Shown: in pieces, positions 17,511 to 26,628 of the stretch
How the letters are laid out: each line of letters opens with the position of its first letter
Position numbering within the stretch: the first letter of the stretch is position 1
Assembly: GCF_000020385.1 (NCBI RefSeq)
Contig: NC_010814.1
Coordinates: 2,040,001-2,072,000, forward strand
Origin: Trichlorobacter lovleyi SZ
GTDB taxonomy: Bacteria > Desulfobacterota > Desulfuromonadia > Geobacterales > Pseudopelobacteraceae
DNA: 32,000 bases
Direction: 5' to 3'
The notes under the pieces: generated by a model
Databases searched by the model: none
What the model was told of the DNA's origin: nothing
Seen by the model: the letters and a program-made list of their open reading frames with translations, nothing else
Program-made: the position numbers and the translations under genes

Positions 17511-17908
17511 GGTTGTTGTGCCAACAGAGAAATGAGCGGCCAGTCAGCCTCGGCCCAGTCCAGCGTTGCCAGCTCATGGGGGGCAAGCCAGCAGGCAGCG
17601 TTGTGTTCATGCAGGATCATCTGTCCCTGCAGGGTGTCACAGAGAAAGGGATGGAGTGTTACCGTAAACGTTGGATAACGGTGGGTAAGCGGTTCCAGTC
17701 CCGCCCCTACCCTGACCACAATTCCCAGTTCTTCCTGTAGCTCCCGCTGCAGACACTGTTCCGCAGACTCTCCAGTTTCCAGTTTACCACCGGGGAATTC
17801 CCATTTAAGTGGTAAAGACATGGTTGCAGAACGTTGGGTGGCCAGTATCAGACCATCCTTTTTAATGATGGCACAGGCTACATGAATATGTGAAAGCTTG
17901 TCAGACAT
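17507..17908 (-). CDS. mutT: MutT-type Nudix hydrolase (8-oxo-dGTP diphosphatase-like), 133 aa
   Basis: Perfect Nudix box GGKLETGESAEQCLQRELQEELGI. LKWEFPGGK resembles E. coli MutT (NKLEFPGGK). Its stop overlaps the downstream start (ATGA at 17507-17510). ATG 17908 is preferred over the non-ATG track start 17944. Confidence 0.85.
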   Translation of the reverse strand: MSDKLSHIHVACAIIKKDGLILATQRSATMSLPLKWEFPGGKLETGESAEQCLQRELQEELGIVVRVGAGLEPLTHRYPTFTVTLHPFLCDTLQGQMILHEHNAACWLAPHELATLDWAEADWPLISLLAQQP

Positions 17909-17946
17909 GGCACTACCTGTATCATACTGTATCAAGAGCGACAATC

Positions 17947-17990
17947 AGGGAAAAGCAAAAGCCCGGCAACAAAGGTCGCCGGGCTTTTGC
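17947..17990 (-). terminator. Rho-independent terminator after glyA
   Basis: A 13-bp stem, GCAAAAGCCCGGC (17955-17967) with GCCGGGCTTTTGC (17978-17990). On the minus strand it is followed by TTTTCCC. Confidence 0.8.
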
Positions 17991-18008
17991 TGAAACTGCA
18001 ATTGAGGA

Positions 18009-19256
18009 CTATTTCAGGCGGCTGGCATAGAGTGGAAATTTTTTCATCAGCTCATTCACCCGTTTCTGGATAGCGGCCAGAGCCTCATCATTACCGATAT
18101 TGGCTACAGCATCAGCAATAAATCCGGCTACCTGCTCCATCTCGGTCTCTTTTAGGCCATGGGAGGTACAGGCCGGCGTACCAACCCGGATACCGGAGGT
18201 AACAAAAGGAGAGCGGGTCTCAAACGGCACTGTGTTCTTATTGACCGTAATGCCGGCCTTGTCCAGTGCCTCTTCAGCAGCCTTGCCGGTAATTTCTGTG
18301 CCGGTGAAGTTGATCAGCATCAGATGGTTGTCTGTACCACCGGAAGTCAGCTTAAACCCTTTTGCCATCAGGCATTCTGCCAGCTTGGCAGCGTTCTTGA
18401 CGATCTGCTGCTGATAGGTCTTGAACTCAGGTTGCAGCGCCTCTTTAAAGGCCACTGCCTTGGCGGCAATCACATGCATCAACGGCCCACCCTGAATACC
18501 GGGGAAAATTTGCGAGTTAATGGTCTTGGCATACTCCTCACGGCAGAGAATCATACCGCCACGAGGGCCGCGCAGGGTTTTGTGGGTAGTGGTGGTAACA
18601 AATTCAGCATAGGGAACCGGGTTGGGGTGTACGCCGGCAGCCACCAGGCCGGCAATGTGAGCCATATCAACCATCACCTTGGCACCAACCTTGTCAGCAA
18701 TGGCACGGAAGGCCGGGAAGTCAATGATGCGGGGATAGGCACTGGCGCCAACGACAATCATCTTGGGCTTGTGCTCAAGTGCCAGACGCTCAACCTCATT
18801 GTAATCAATGGTTTCTGTATCGGGAGAAACACCGTAGGGCACCACATTATAGAAGCGTCCCGAGAAGTTGACCGGGCTGCCGTGGGTCAGGTGGCCACCA
18901 TGGGAAAGGTTCATTCCCAGAATAGTATCACCCGGTTGACAGACCGCATTGTAGACTGCCATGTTGGCCTGGGAACCGGCGTGGGGCTGCACATTGGCAT
19001 GTTCTGCGCCGAACAGCTCTTTGGCCCGCTCAATAGCCAGGTTTTCAACCACATCCACATGGTGGCACCCGCCATAGTAGCGCTTGCCCGGATATCCCTC
19101 GGCGTACTTGTTGGTCATGACACTGCCCTGAGCCTCAAGCACGGCTTCGGACACAAAGTTTTCAGAGGCGATCAGCTCCAGGTTATACTCCTGGCGCTCG
19201 GTTTCATGCTGAATTGCTTCAGCAACTGCTGGATCAAACTGGGAGAGAATTGACAT
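18009..19256 (-). CDS. glyA: Serine hydroxymethyltransferase
   Basis: [30 protein letters not shown] and [14 protein letters not shown] (PLP lysine) are present. At 415 aa it is full length. Confidence 0.97.
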   Translation of the reverse strand: MSILSQFDPAVAEAIQHETERQEYNLELIASENFVSEAVLEAQGSVMTNKYAEGYPGKRYYGGCHHVDVVENLAIERAKELFGAEHANVQPHAGSQANMAVYNAVCQPGDTILGMNLSHGGHLTHGSPVNFSGRFYNVVPYGVSPDTETIDYNEVERLALEHKPKMIVVGASAYPRIIDFPAFRAIADKVGAKVMVDMAHIAGLVAAGVHPNPVPYAEFVTTTTHKTLRGPRGGMILCREEYAKTINSQIFPGIQGGPLMHVIAAKAVAFKEALQPEFKTYQQQIVKNAAKLAECLMAKGFKLTSGGTDNHLMLINFTGTEITGKAAEEALDKAGITVNKNTVPFETRSPFVTSGIRVGTPACTSHGLKETEMEQVAGFIADAVANIGNDEALAAIQKRVNELMKKFPLYASRLK

Positions 19257-19292
19257 CGTTCATGCTCCTTGAAAGGTTGTATACGGTCAGCA

Positions 19293-19330
19293 CAAAAAAT
19301 CAAGCGGGACTTTTACAAGTCCCGCTTGAT
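19293..19330 (-). terminator. Strong rho-independent terminator after rpiB
   Basis: Minus strand reads ATCAAGCGGGACTT-GTAA-AAGTCCCGCTTGAT, a 14-bp stem, followed by TTTTTTG. Confidence 0.85.
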
Positions 19331-19350
19331 AGTATAGCTGCTAAGAGACT

Positions 19351-19800
19351 CTACTGACAGCTCTTTTTTTCAATGGTGGTGATCTTGTCCAGACGGCGCT
19401 GGTGCCGGTCTCCTTCATAAACAGCATCAAGCCAGGCTGCTACGCAGGCCTCAGCTGTTTCAAGCGACAGGATACGGCCCCCTAGGGCAAGGATGTTGGC
19501 ATTGTTATGTTGTTTGGCCAACTCAGCCATCTGGGGTGTGGTTACCAGGGCCGCCCTGATGCCGGGAAGCTTGTTGGCAGCAATGGAAATGCCGATGCCG
19601 GTACCGCAGATCACAATACCTGCGTCTGCCTCACCATGTACCACCAGCAGGGCCACTGCTTCAGCAAATTCAGGGTAATCAACCGAATCGGTTGAATAGG
19701 TGCCAGCGTCTGCCACCTCAATGTCCCTGCCCTGCAGAAAAGGGATCAGGGCCTGTTTTAATTCAAATCCACCGTGGTCTGAACCGATAGCAATCTTCAT
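19351..19800 (-). CDS. rpiB: Ribose-5-phosphate isomerase B (RpiB/LacAB family)
   Basis: MKIAIGSDHGGFELK...ICGTGIGISIAANK...NANILALGGR. The start lies 2 nt after the fabF stop. Confidence 0.93.
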   Translation of the reverse strand: MKIAIGSDHGGFELKQALIPFLQGRDIEVADAGTYSTDSVDYPEFAEAVALLVVHGEADAGIVICGTGIGISIAANKLPGIRAALVTTPQMAELAKQHNNANILALGGRILSLETAEACVAAWLDAVYEGDRHQRRLDKITTIEKKSCQ

Positions 19801-19802
19801 TG

Positions 19803-21035
19803 CTACACCCGCTTGAACAGCAGGGTGGCGTTGGTGCCGCCAAAGCCCAGCGAGTTGCTCATGACATAATCCACCTTGGCTTCACGGGCCTTGTTGGGCA
19901 CGTAGTCAAGATCACAGGCCGGATCAGGCTCCTCGTAGTTAATGGTGGGGGGAATAATATTCTTATCCAGCACCATACAACTGATTACCGCCTCAAGACC
20001 ACCGGCAGCACCCAGCAGGTGGCCGGTCATGGACTTGGTGGAAGAAACCATCAGTTTGTAGGCATGATCACCAAAGACCGATTTGATAGCCAGAGATTCA
20101 TTCAGGTCATTAAAGGGGGTAGAGGTGCCGTGCGCATTGATATAGCCAACCTGCTCAGGGTTTACGCCTGCATTCCTGAGGGCCATCTTCATGCAGCGGG
20201 CAGCGCCCTCTCCGCCATCAGCAGGCGCGGTCATATGGTAGGCATCACCGGTCAGGCCATAACCAACAACCTCGGCATAGATCTTTGCCCCACGTTTTTT
20301 GGCTGCTTCATACTCCTCAAGCACCACAATACCAGCCCCTTCGCCAAGGATAAAGCCGTTACGGCCCTTGTCAAATGGACGGGAAGCACGTTGCGGTTCG
20401 TCATTGCGATCAGAGAGCGCCTTCATCACCGCAAAGCCGCCGATTCCCAGTGGTGTAACCGTAGACTCGGTTCCGCCGGCAATCATGGCATCCGCATCGC
20501 CACGGGCAATCATATGGTAGGCATCACCAATCGAGTGGGTACCGGTAGCGCAGGCAGACACAGAAGAGAGGTTCGGGCCTTTGGCGCCATATTTGATTGA
20601 AATATGGCCGGGAGCCAGGTTGATAATCAGCATCGGGATGAAGAAGGGCGAAATCTTCTTGTAGCCCCCTTCAAGCAGTGCCGTATGATACTTTTCGATG
20701 GTGGGCAGGCCACCCAGACCGGCACCGACCAAGACACCGACCTGCTCGGCATTTTCTTCAGTAATCTGCAGACCGGAGTCCTCCATGGCAAAGTGGGCTG
20801 CAGCCATGGCATACTGAATAAAGAGATCCATCTTTTTGATCTCTTTTTTATCAATAAACTGCTCGGCGTCAAAATCCTTGACCTCTCCGGCTATTTTGAC
20901 CGGAAGGGAACTGGCATCAAATCGGGTGATATAGTCAATGCCGGAGCGGCCGTTAATCAGGCCATCCCAGTTTTTCTGATTGCCGGTCCCCAAGGGGGAA
21001 ACGGCGCCCACACCGGTAACGACGACTCTTCTCAT
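19803..21035 (-). CDS. fabF: 3-oxoacyl-ACP synthase II
   Basis: [16 protein letters not shown], catalytic [15 protein letters not shown] and [13 protein letters not shown] (Cys-His-His triad context). ATG 21035 has GGGAG 8 nt upstream. Confidence 0.95.
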   Translation of the reverse strand: MRRVVVTGVGAVSPLGTGNQKNWDGLINGRSGIDYITRFDASSLPVKIAGEVKDFDAEQFIDKKEIKKMDLFIQYAMAAAHFAMEDSGLQITEENAEQVGVLVGAGLGGLPTIEKYHTALLEGGYKKISPFFIPMLIINLAPGHISIKYGAKGPNLSSVSACATGTHSIGDAYHMIARGDADAMIAGGTESTVTPLGIGGFAVMKALSDRNDEPQRASRPFDKGRNGFILGEGAGIVVLEEYEAAKKRGAKIYAEVVGYGLTGDAYHMTAPADGGEGAARCMKMALRNAGVNPEQVGYINAHGTSTPFNDLNESLAIKSVFGDHAYKLMVSSTKSMTGHLLGAAGGLEAVISCMVLDKNIIPPTINYEEPDPACDLDYVPNKAREAKVDYVMSNSLGFGGTNATLLFKRV

Positions 21036-21063
21036 CTGTAAACTCCCATTCATAGTGGGTCTG

Positions 21064-21099
21064 GTAAAAAAGGAAAAGAGGGGACCAGTCCCCCCTTTT
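21064..21099 (-). terminator. Intrinsic terminator or attenuator between acpP and fabF
   Basis: Minus strand reads AAAAGGGGGGA-CTGG-TCCCCTCTTTT, followed by CCTTTTTT. The stem has one A.C mismatch. Confidence 0.6.
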
Positions 21100-21125
21100 C
21101 AATCCTGCCGGTCTTCGATCAGATC

Positions 21126-21359
21126 CTAGGTGTGCTCAGTGATGTAATCAATAGCATCCTGAACGGTCTGGATCTTCTCAGCATCCTCATCGGGGATCTC
21201 AATATCGAATTCCTCTTCAAGAGCCATAACCAGCTCAACGGTGTCAAGGGAGTCTGCACCCAGATCATCCATGAAGGATGCCTCGGAAACAGCCTGTGCC
21301 TCGTCAACTCCCAGCTGCTCGGCGATAATTTCTTTTACTCTTTTAGCTACATCAGACAT
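21126..21359 (-). CDS. acpP: Acyl carrier protein
   Basis: [26 protein letters not shown] contains the phosphopantetheine attachment site DSLD. SD GGAGGTG is present. Confidence 0.97.
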   Translation of the reverse strand: MSDVAKRVKEIIAEQLGVDEAQAVSEASFMDDLGADSLDTVELVMALEEEFDIEIPDEDAEKIQTVQDAIDYITEHT

Positions 21360-21494
21360 CTTACACCTCCGTGTGATATAAACCGTTGCTGGTTTTGTTT
21401 TTGAAAACGTCTCTGCTTCTTAGCAAACAGAAACGACAAATGTCAAAGCAATTTTTCAGGAGATTGGAACAATATCCAACCACCTGAAATCATG

Positions 21495-22232
21495 CTACAT
21501 ATACATGCCGCCATTCACCGAAAGCACATGGCCGGTAATGTAGGCAGAGGCCTCAGAGGCCAAAAAGACAACCGCGTTGGCAATATCATCAGCCGAGCCG
21601 AGTCGCTCCAGAGGGATCTGGGCAGCAAGTTCTTCACGCACTTTTTCCGGCAGTGCGTCGGTCATGGCAGTGGCAATAAAACCGGGGGCAACCGCATTAA
21701 CGGTTACATTCCGCTTGGCCATCTCTCGGGCATTGGATTTAGTCAGACCGATCAGGCCCGCCTTGCTGGCACAGTAGTTGGCCTGGCCGGCATTCCCCAT
21801 CTGACCAACGACTGACGCGATATTGATGATCCGGCCATAGCGCTGCTTGCTCATGACCTTGAAGGCGGTACGGGTGCAGACAAAGGCACCTTTCAGGTTG
21901 ACACTCAGGACCGCATCCCAATCTTCGTCCTTCATCCGCATGATCAGGCCGTCACGGGTAATTCCGGCATTATTGACCAGGATATCAACCCGGCCAAAGG
22001 CCTCAACAGCCGCATCAATCATCCGCTCTACGTCTGCAGCCACTGTAACGTTGCCAACAACGGCCAGGGCCTTGGCACCGCTTGCCTGTAACTCTGCAAC
22101 TGTTGCATCGGTAGCAGCCTGATCCATATCCATGGCCACAATAGTGGCACCCTGTGCTGCCAGTGCAAAGGCGATACTCTTGCCGATCCCCCGTGATGCA
22201 CCGGTAATGACAGCTACTTTTCCTTTTGGCAT
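21495..22232 (-). CDS. fabG: 3-oxoacyl-ACP reductase
   Basis: VAVITGASRGIGKSIA (TGxxxGxG), NNAGI and YCASKAG (YxxxK). ATG 22232 follows GAGAGGAGA. Track start 22274 overlaps fabZ. Confidence 0.95.
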   Translation of the reverse strand: MPKGKVAVITGASRGIGKSIAFALAAQGATIVAMDMDQAATDATVAELQASGAKALAVVGNVTVAADVERMIDAAVEAFGRVDILVNNAGITRDGLIMRMKDEDWDAVLSVNLKGAFVCTRTAFKVMSKQRYGRIINIASVVGQMGNAGQANYCASKAGLIGLTKSNAREMAKRNVTVNAVAPGFIATAMTDALPEKVREELAAQIPLERLGSADDIANAVVFLASEASAYITGHVLSVNGGMYM

Positions 22233-22254
22233 ATTCTGTCTCCTCTCAAAAATA

Positions 22255-22692
22255 TCAGGATTGCTTATCTGCAAAGGTTGCCTTCAACTCTGCTTCGGTC
22301 ACAACTTTACCATCAACCAGAGCCTTGGCACTAAAGAACCAGATACCACGCTTGCAACCGGTGGCCTCGATCTCAAAACGAAGTTGGTCACCCGGCATAA
22401 CCGGCTTACGGAAGCGGGCATTATCAATACCGGTAAAATAGGTCACCTTGTCCCGTACGCTCTCATCTGATTGATAGGCCAGAATTCCGGCCACCTGGGC
22501 CATCGCCTCGATAATCAGAACCCCCGGCATAACCGGGTGACCCGGGAAGTGACCAGGAAAAAACGGCTCGTTAATGGTAACGTTCTTAAGACCGACAATC
22601 CGCTTGCCAACCTCGATTTCAAGAATACGGTCAACCATCAAAAAGGGATGACGGTGGGGCAATATCTTCATAATCTGATTAATATCAAGCAT
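22255..22692 (-). CDS. fabZ: 3-hydroxyacyl-ACP dehydratase FabZ, 145 aa
   Basis: [25 protein letters not shown]...[31 protein letters not shown] is a canonical FabZ hot-dog active-site region. ATG 22692 has a strong SD, AAGGAGGGTG. Confidence 0.92.
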   Translation of the reverse strand: MLDINQIMKILPHRHPFLMVDRILEIEVGKRIVGLKNVTINEPFFPGHFPGHPVMPGVLIIEAMAQVAGILAYQSDESVRDKVTYFTGIDNARFRKPVMPGDQLRFEIEATGCKRGIWFFSAKALVDGKVVTEAELKATFADKQS

Positions 22693-22707
22693 GGGTACCA
22701 CCCTCCT

Positions 22708-23631
22708 TTAAACCGCAGCCTTTACACCGGCCGTGTCTTCAATATTAACCAGAGCCATCTCCTTGTTGATCCGCTTGACCAGCCCGGTCAAAACCTTGCC
22801 CGGTCCAATTTCTACAAAGCGGCTTACCCCCTGATTAATCATGGCATGTACAGACTGTTCCCAGCGTACCGGCGCACAGACCTGAGCCACCAGCAGTTCA
22901 CGCACCCGGCCGGCGTCCTGATTGGCTGCTGCTTCCACGTTGGTGACTACCGGGAGCGTGAGAGGATGAATAGTTACACAATCCAGCACCTCTTTCAGGC
23001 GGTCGGCGGCAGGTTGCATCAGTGCGCAATGGAACGGGGCACTGACCGGCAGCAGCATGGCCTTGCGGAACCCTTTGGCCTTTGCCAGCTCAATGGTTCT
23101 GTTTACTGCAGTTGCATGTCCGGCAATCACGATCTGTCCGGGGGAGTTGAAGTTTGCCGGAGCAACCACCTCTCCTTGGGCAGCCTCAGCGCAGATGGCA
23201 GCAAGTTCCTCAGCTTCAATCGAAAGCATGGCTGCCATGGCACCAACCCCAACCGGCACAGCCTCTTGCATAAACGTACCGCGGGAACGCACAGTGCGTA
23301 CAGCATCCGCCAGTGTCAGTGCACCACCACAGACCAGTGCCGAGTATTCACCCAGTGAGTGACCGGCAACACAATCGGCTTGTAGACCGGTTTCCTGCTG
23401 AACCACCCGCAGGGCGGCAACACTTGCCGTAAGGATAGCCGGCTGGGTATTAAAGGTAAGCTTCAGGTCTTCTTCCGGGCCATTGAAACAGAGACTGGAG
23501 AGCTTGAATCCAAGCGCCTCATCTGCCTCTTCAAAGGTGTGCCGTGCAATGGGAAAATTTTCTGCCAGATCCTTGCCCATACCGGCATACTGGGAACCTT
23601 GTCCCGGAAACAAAAAAGATGTTTTACTCAT
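22708..23631 (-). CDS. fabD: Malonyl CoA-ACP transacylase
   Basis: FLFPGQGSQYAGMG, active-site GHSLGEYSAL, and PVSAPFHCALM. Confidence 0.95.
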   Translation of the reverse strand: MSKTSFLFPGQGSQYAGMGKDLAENFPIARHTFEEADEALGFKLSSLCFNGPEEDLKLTFNTQPAILTASVAALRVVQQETGLQADCVAGHSLGEYSALVCGGALTLADAVRTVRSRGTFMQEAVPVGVGAMAAMLSIEAEELAAICAEAAQGEVVAPANFNSPGQIVIAGHATAVNRTIELAKAKGFRKAMLLPVSAPFHCALMQPAADRLKEVLDCVTIHPLTLPVVTNVEAAANQDAGRVRELLVAQVCAPVRWEQSVHAMINQGVSRFVEIGPGKVLTGLVKRINKEMALVNIEDTAGVKAAV

Positions 23632-23662
23632 ACAATCAATCCTTTACTGAAACAATATGGTG

Positions 23663-24646
23663 TTACCACCTTAACAATACCGAGCCATAGGTAAAGCCAC
23701 CACCAAAGGCATCCAGTAACACCAGGTCGCCGGATTTCAGGCGGCCCTCCCGGTTGGCCTCATCCAGAGCCAAAGGGATGGAGGCAGAAGAGGTGTTGCC
23801 GTATTTGTGCAGATTGACAAAGATCCGGTCTTCAGGAATGCCAACCCGCTTGCCTGTGGCCTCAATAATGCGGCGATTGGCTTGATGGGGAATCAGGAGT
23901 GACACATCATCGGCAGTGACCGAGTTGTGTTCAAGTGCGGCAACGGCTGCATCACCCATGGCACGCACCGCATGCTTGAAAACCTCATTACCTTCCATTC
24001 TCAGGTAATACAGTTTGTCACTATAGGTGGTTGGCCCGGTGGCAGGATTTCTGCCGCCGCAACCTGGCTGGTACAGCAAGCCCCAGTGGGCGCCATTGGT
24101 AAAGATATGGCTGGAGAGAATGCCCTGCCCGCCACTATCGGCTTCAACAATAACGGCACCTGCCCCGTCACCAAACAGGATACAGGTATTACGGTCCGTG
24201 AAGTCCACAATACGGGTTAACACCTCGGCTCCCATCACCAGTACCTTGCGAGCCATACCACTCTTGATATACGCCTCTGCCATATTCAGTCCGTAAATGA
24301 AACCAGAACAGGCAGCTGACAGATCAAATGCCGCAGCATGGTGGGCGCCAAGCTCTTGCTGAACAATACAGGCGGTGGCAGGAAACGGAAAATCAGGTGT
24401 GACGGTACCCAGGATAATCAGGTCAAGCTCTTCAGGCGAAACACCGGCCATTGCAAGAGCCCGGCGTGCCGCCAGTGTGGCAAAAGTGGAAGTATATTCG
24501 TTCTCGGCAGCAATACGACGTTGTTTTATGCCGGTTCTGGTGGTGATCCATTCATCATTGGTATCAACCAGTTTTTCAAGGTCGTGGTTGGTGAGAACTT
24601 TGTCGGGAACAGCAGAACCGGTTCCCGTGATGCGGGCGCGCAGCAT
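23663..24646 (-). CDS. fabH: 3-oxoacyl-ACP synthase III
   Basis: MLRARITGTGSAVPDKVLTNHDLEKLVDTNDEWI..., active-site Cys in SAACSGF, HQANRRI and GNTSSASIPL. ATG 24646 follows GGGGG. Track start 24790 overlaps plsX. Confidence 0.95.
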   Translation of the reverse strand: MLRARITGTGSAVPDKVLTNHDLEKLVDTNDEWITTRTGIKQRRIAAENEYTSTFATLAARRALAMAGVSPEELDLIILGTVTPDFPFPATACIVQQELGAHHAAAFDLSAACSGFIYGLNMAEAYIKSGMARKVLVMGAEVLTRIVDFTDRNTCILFGDGAGAVIVEADSGGQGILSSHIFTNGAHWGLLYQPGCGGRNPATGPTTYSDKLYYLRMEGNEVFKHAVRAMGDAAVAALEHNSVTADDVSLLIPHQANRRIIEATGKRVGIPEDRIFVNLHKYGNTSSASIPLALDEANREGRLKSGDLVLLDAFGGGFTYGSVLLRW

Positions 24647-24716
24647 GTGACCCCCAACCGGAACTGAGGAACACCTGGTTCCGGTAATCAAATAACAGAT
24701 GGAAGGAAATCTTCGG

Positions 24717-25754
24717 TCAGGACACTGGTGGTACGGATTGACCGGTGCGTGGAAACAGTGCCCCGTAATTCTCAGACAGTTTCTCGGCAATACGTTGCGT
24801 TACACCGCTGGTTGCATAATCATGGGCAAAGCGGATGGCGTTCTTGATCGCTTTGGCATTTGATCCGCCATGGCAGATCATGCCGACACCGTTAATACCG
24901 ATCAAGGGTGCGCCGCCATACTCGGCGTAATCAACGGTCTTTTTAAAGCGCTTAAAGGCTCCACGCATAAACAGATAGCCCATTTTGGCGATCATGTCTC
25001 CCATGATTTCACGTTTGAGCATGGTACCGGTAGCCTCAGCCAGACCTTCAGAAAGCTTGAGGACAACATTTCCTACAAAACCATCACAAACCACCACCTC
25101 AACCGTGCCTTTGAAGATATCGCGACCTTCCACATAACCGGCGTAATTGAGTGATGTTTGACGGAGAATAGCATTGGTTTCGCGGGTCAGTTCATTGCCT
25201 TTGGAATCTTCCTCGCCATTGGAAAGCAGTCCGATGCGGGGGTTGGGGATACCCAAGGCATGCTTGGCATAGACCTGCCCCATTATGGCAAACTGCACCA
25301 GATGGGAAGCCTTGCAATCAACATTCCCCCCCACATCCAGCACCAAGGTCTTGCCTTCAAGGGTTGGGAAGACCTGGGCTATGGCTGGCCGTTCAATGCC
25401 GCTAATCCGCTTCAGGACAAACATGCCGGCAGCCATGGTGGCACCGGAGTTGCCGGCGCTGACCGCAGCACAGGCCTGTCCATCCTTTACCAGTTCAAAG
25501 GCGAGCCGAACTGACGAGTTACGCTTCTTGCGTACCGCATCAGAGGCAGAGTCATGCATCCCCACCACCTCGCTGGCATGGTGAATGGTGATGTCCAATC
25601 CTGATGCAGCATGATGATCAAGCTCCTGGCGTAGACGATCCTCATCCCCGACCAGGATAATGGGAATACCGTATTGACGGGACGCGGCAACAGCACCCTC
25701 AACCTCAATGGCCGGGGCGTTGTCACCTCCCATGGCATCAACAGCAACTCTCAT
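24717..25754 (-). CDS. plsX: Phosphate acyltransferase PlsX
   Basis: [14 protein letters not shown]...GNSGA...[10 protein letters not shown]. The ATG is at 25754. The track start is a TTG three codons upstream. Confidence 0.95.
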   Translation of the reverse strand: MRVAVDAMGGDNAPAIEVEGAVAASRQYGIPIILVGDEDRLRQELDHHAASGLDITIHHASEVVGMHDSASDAVRKKRNSSVRLAFELVKDGQACAAVSAGNSGATMAAGMFVLKRISGIERPAIAQVFPTLEGKTLVLDVGGNVDCKASHLVQFAIMGQVYAKHALGIPNPRIGLLSNGEEDSKGNELTRETNAILRQTSLNYAGYVEGRDIFKGTVEVVVCDGFVGNVVLKLSEGLAEATGTMLKREIMGDMIAKMGYLFMRGAFKRFKKTVDYAEYGGAPLIGINGVGMICHGGSNAKAIKNAIRFAHDYATSGVTQRIAEKLSENYGALFPRTGQSVPPVS

Positions 25755-25774
25755 GGTATGCAAAACAGACCCTA

Positions 25775-25960
25775 TCAGGCCTGTTTTGCAGCCCCGGCTA
25801 CTTCCTTACCCTTGTAGGTTCCGCAGGAAGGACAGGCGCGGTGCGGCATTTTAGGGGATTTGCATTGTGGGCAGACCGACAGGCTGGGGGCGGTCAGGAA
25901 ATCATGGGCCCGACGCATATTCTTACGTGATTTGGATGTTTTCTTCTTGGGTACTGCCAT
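25775..25960 (-). CDS. rpmF: 50S ribosomal protein L32 (zinc-ribbon form)
   Basis: [19 protein letters not shown], with CPQC....CPSC. Confidence 0.95.
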   Translation of the reverse strand: MAVPKKKTSKSRKNMRRAHDFLTAPSLSVCPQCKSPKMPHRACPSCGTYKGKEVAGAAKQA

Positions 25961-25998
25961 GGCTGATACTCCTTTGTTGGTAGCCCTGAGGCCACTGT

Positions 25999-26541
25999 TT
26001 ATGGGCGGACTTTGAAGTCCTTTAAAACAGCAAATTTTGATTGTTTCTGTTCACTGACACAACTACAGGTACTGCTGTTCAGATCAATGCCGCAGACGGG
26101 GCATAGCCCCTTGCAACTTTCTGAGCAGAGCGGCTTCAGCGGAATCTCCAGGGCAACCTGTTCCGCGATTTCAGGCATCAGATCAATCTCGTCACCGATA
26201 AAACTGCTTGAGATCAGATCCCGTTCTTCCAGTTCAACCTCATCTTCTTCTTCGCGATTTACAGCAGCGCCTTCCCGGAAGAAAATGGTGAAACGTGAAA
26301 AAACTGTACGATCAAAGCTGCAGAGGCAGCGGGAACAATCCAGCTGCACCGGCACAGAGACCGTACCTTCAACCCGATAATGGTCCAGTTCACGTTCGGC
26401 TGTTAATGCAACCTGCACCGAGCCGGTAAAACGACACTCACCAGCAGCCATCATTGCGGCAAGGACCGGAAATGACTCTGCCGGTTCATTGAAGGAAAAC
26501 TCCCGAACGGTTTCCTTGATATGTTCGGTTCTGACCTTCAT
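25999..26541 (-). CDS. yceD: YceD/DUF177 family protein (large-subunit rRNA accumulation protein)
   Basis: It holds the conserved position immediately upstream of rpmF-plsX. It has an acidic central stretch and a C-terminal Cys cluster, [17 protein letters not shown]. Confidence 0.8.
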   Translation of the reverse strand: MKVRTEHIKETVREFSFNEPAESFPVLAAMMAAGECRFTGSVQVALTAERELDHYRVEGTVSVPVQLDCSRCLCSFDRTVFSRFTIFFREGAAVNREEEDEVELEERDLISSSFIGDEIDLMPEIAEQVALEIPLKPLCSESCKGLCPVCGIDLNSSTCSCVSEQKQSKFAVLKDFKVRP

Positions 26542-26580
26542 GCACGCACCTCTGGCTGATGGAGGGTTAAGAAATGAGGT

Positions 26581-26608
26581 AATATAGTGAAAGCTGATAG
26601 TTTGTCAA
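26581..26608 (-). promoter_or_regulatory. Near-consensus sigma70 promoter for the yceD-rpmF-plsX-fab operon
   Basis: Minus strand reads TTGACA (26608-26603), a 16-nt spacer, then TATATT (26586-26581). It lies about 45 nt upstream of the yceD ATG, which has AGAGGTG as SD. Confidence 0.6.
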
Positions 26609-26628
26609 GAATAAAGAGCTTTTTTACT

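Noticed and set aside
17915-17934. CTGT-containing repeat upstream of mutT considered as a LexA/SOS box.
   Set aside because: The element is a direct repeat (CTGTATCA-TA-CTGTATCA), not the CTGT-N8-ACAG palindrome. It also does not fit the GGTT-type LexA box reported for Geobacter. It is kept only as a generic direct-repeat observation.
18159-19253. Very long plus-strand ORFs antisense to real genes: 364 aa over glyA, 295 aa over fabD (22471-23358), 267 aa over tig (13257-14060) and 266 aa over fabF (19800-20600).
   Set aside because: Each is in the antisense frame that is codon-aligned with the sense gene (the coordinates share the same residue mod 3). Antisense stops would therefore require the sense codons TTA, CTA or TCA, which these highly expressed genes avoid. 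The translations are low-complexity, rich in Gly, Arg and His, and have no start context or SD. They are codon-bias shadows, not overlapping genes.
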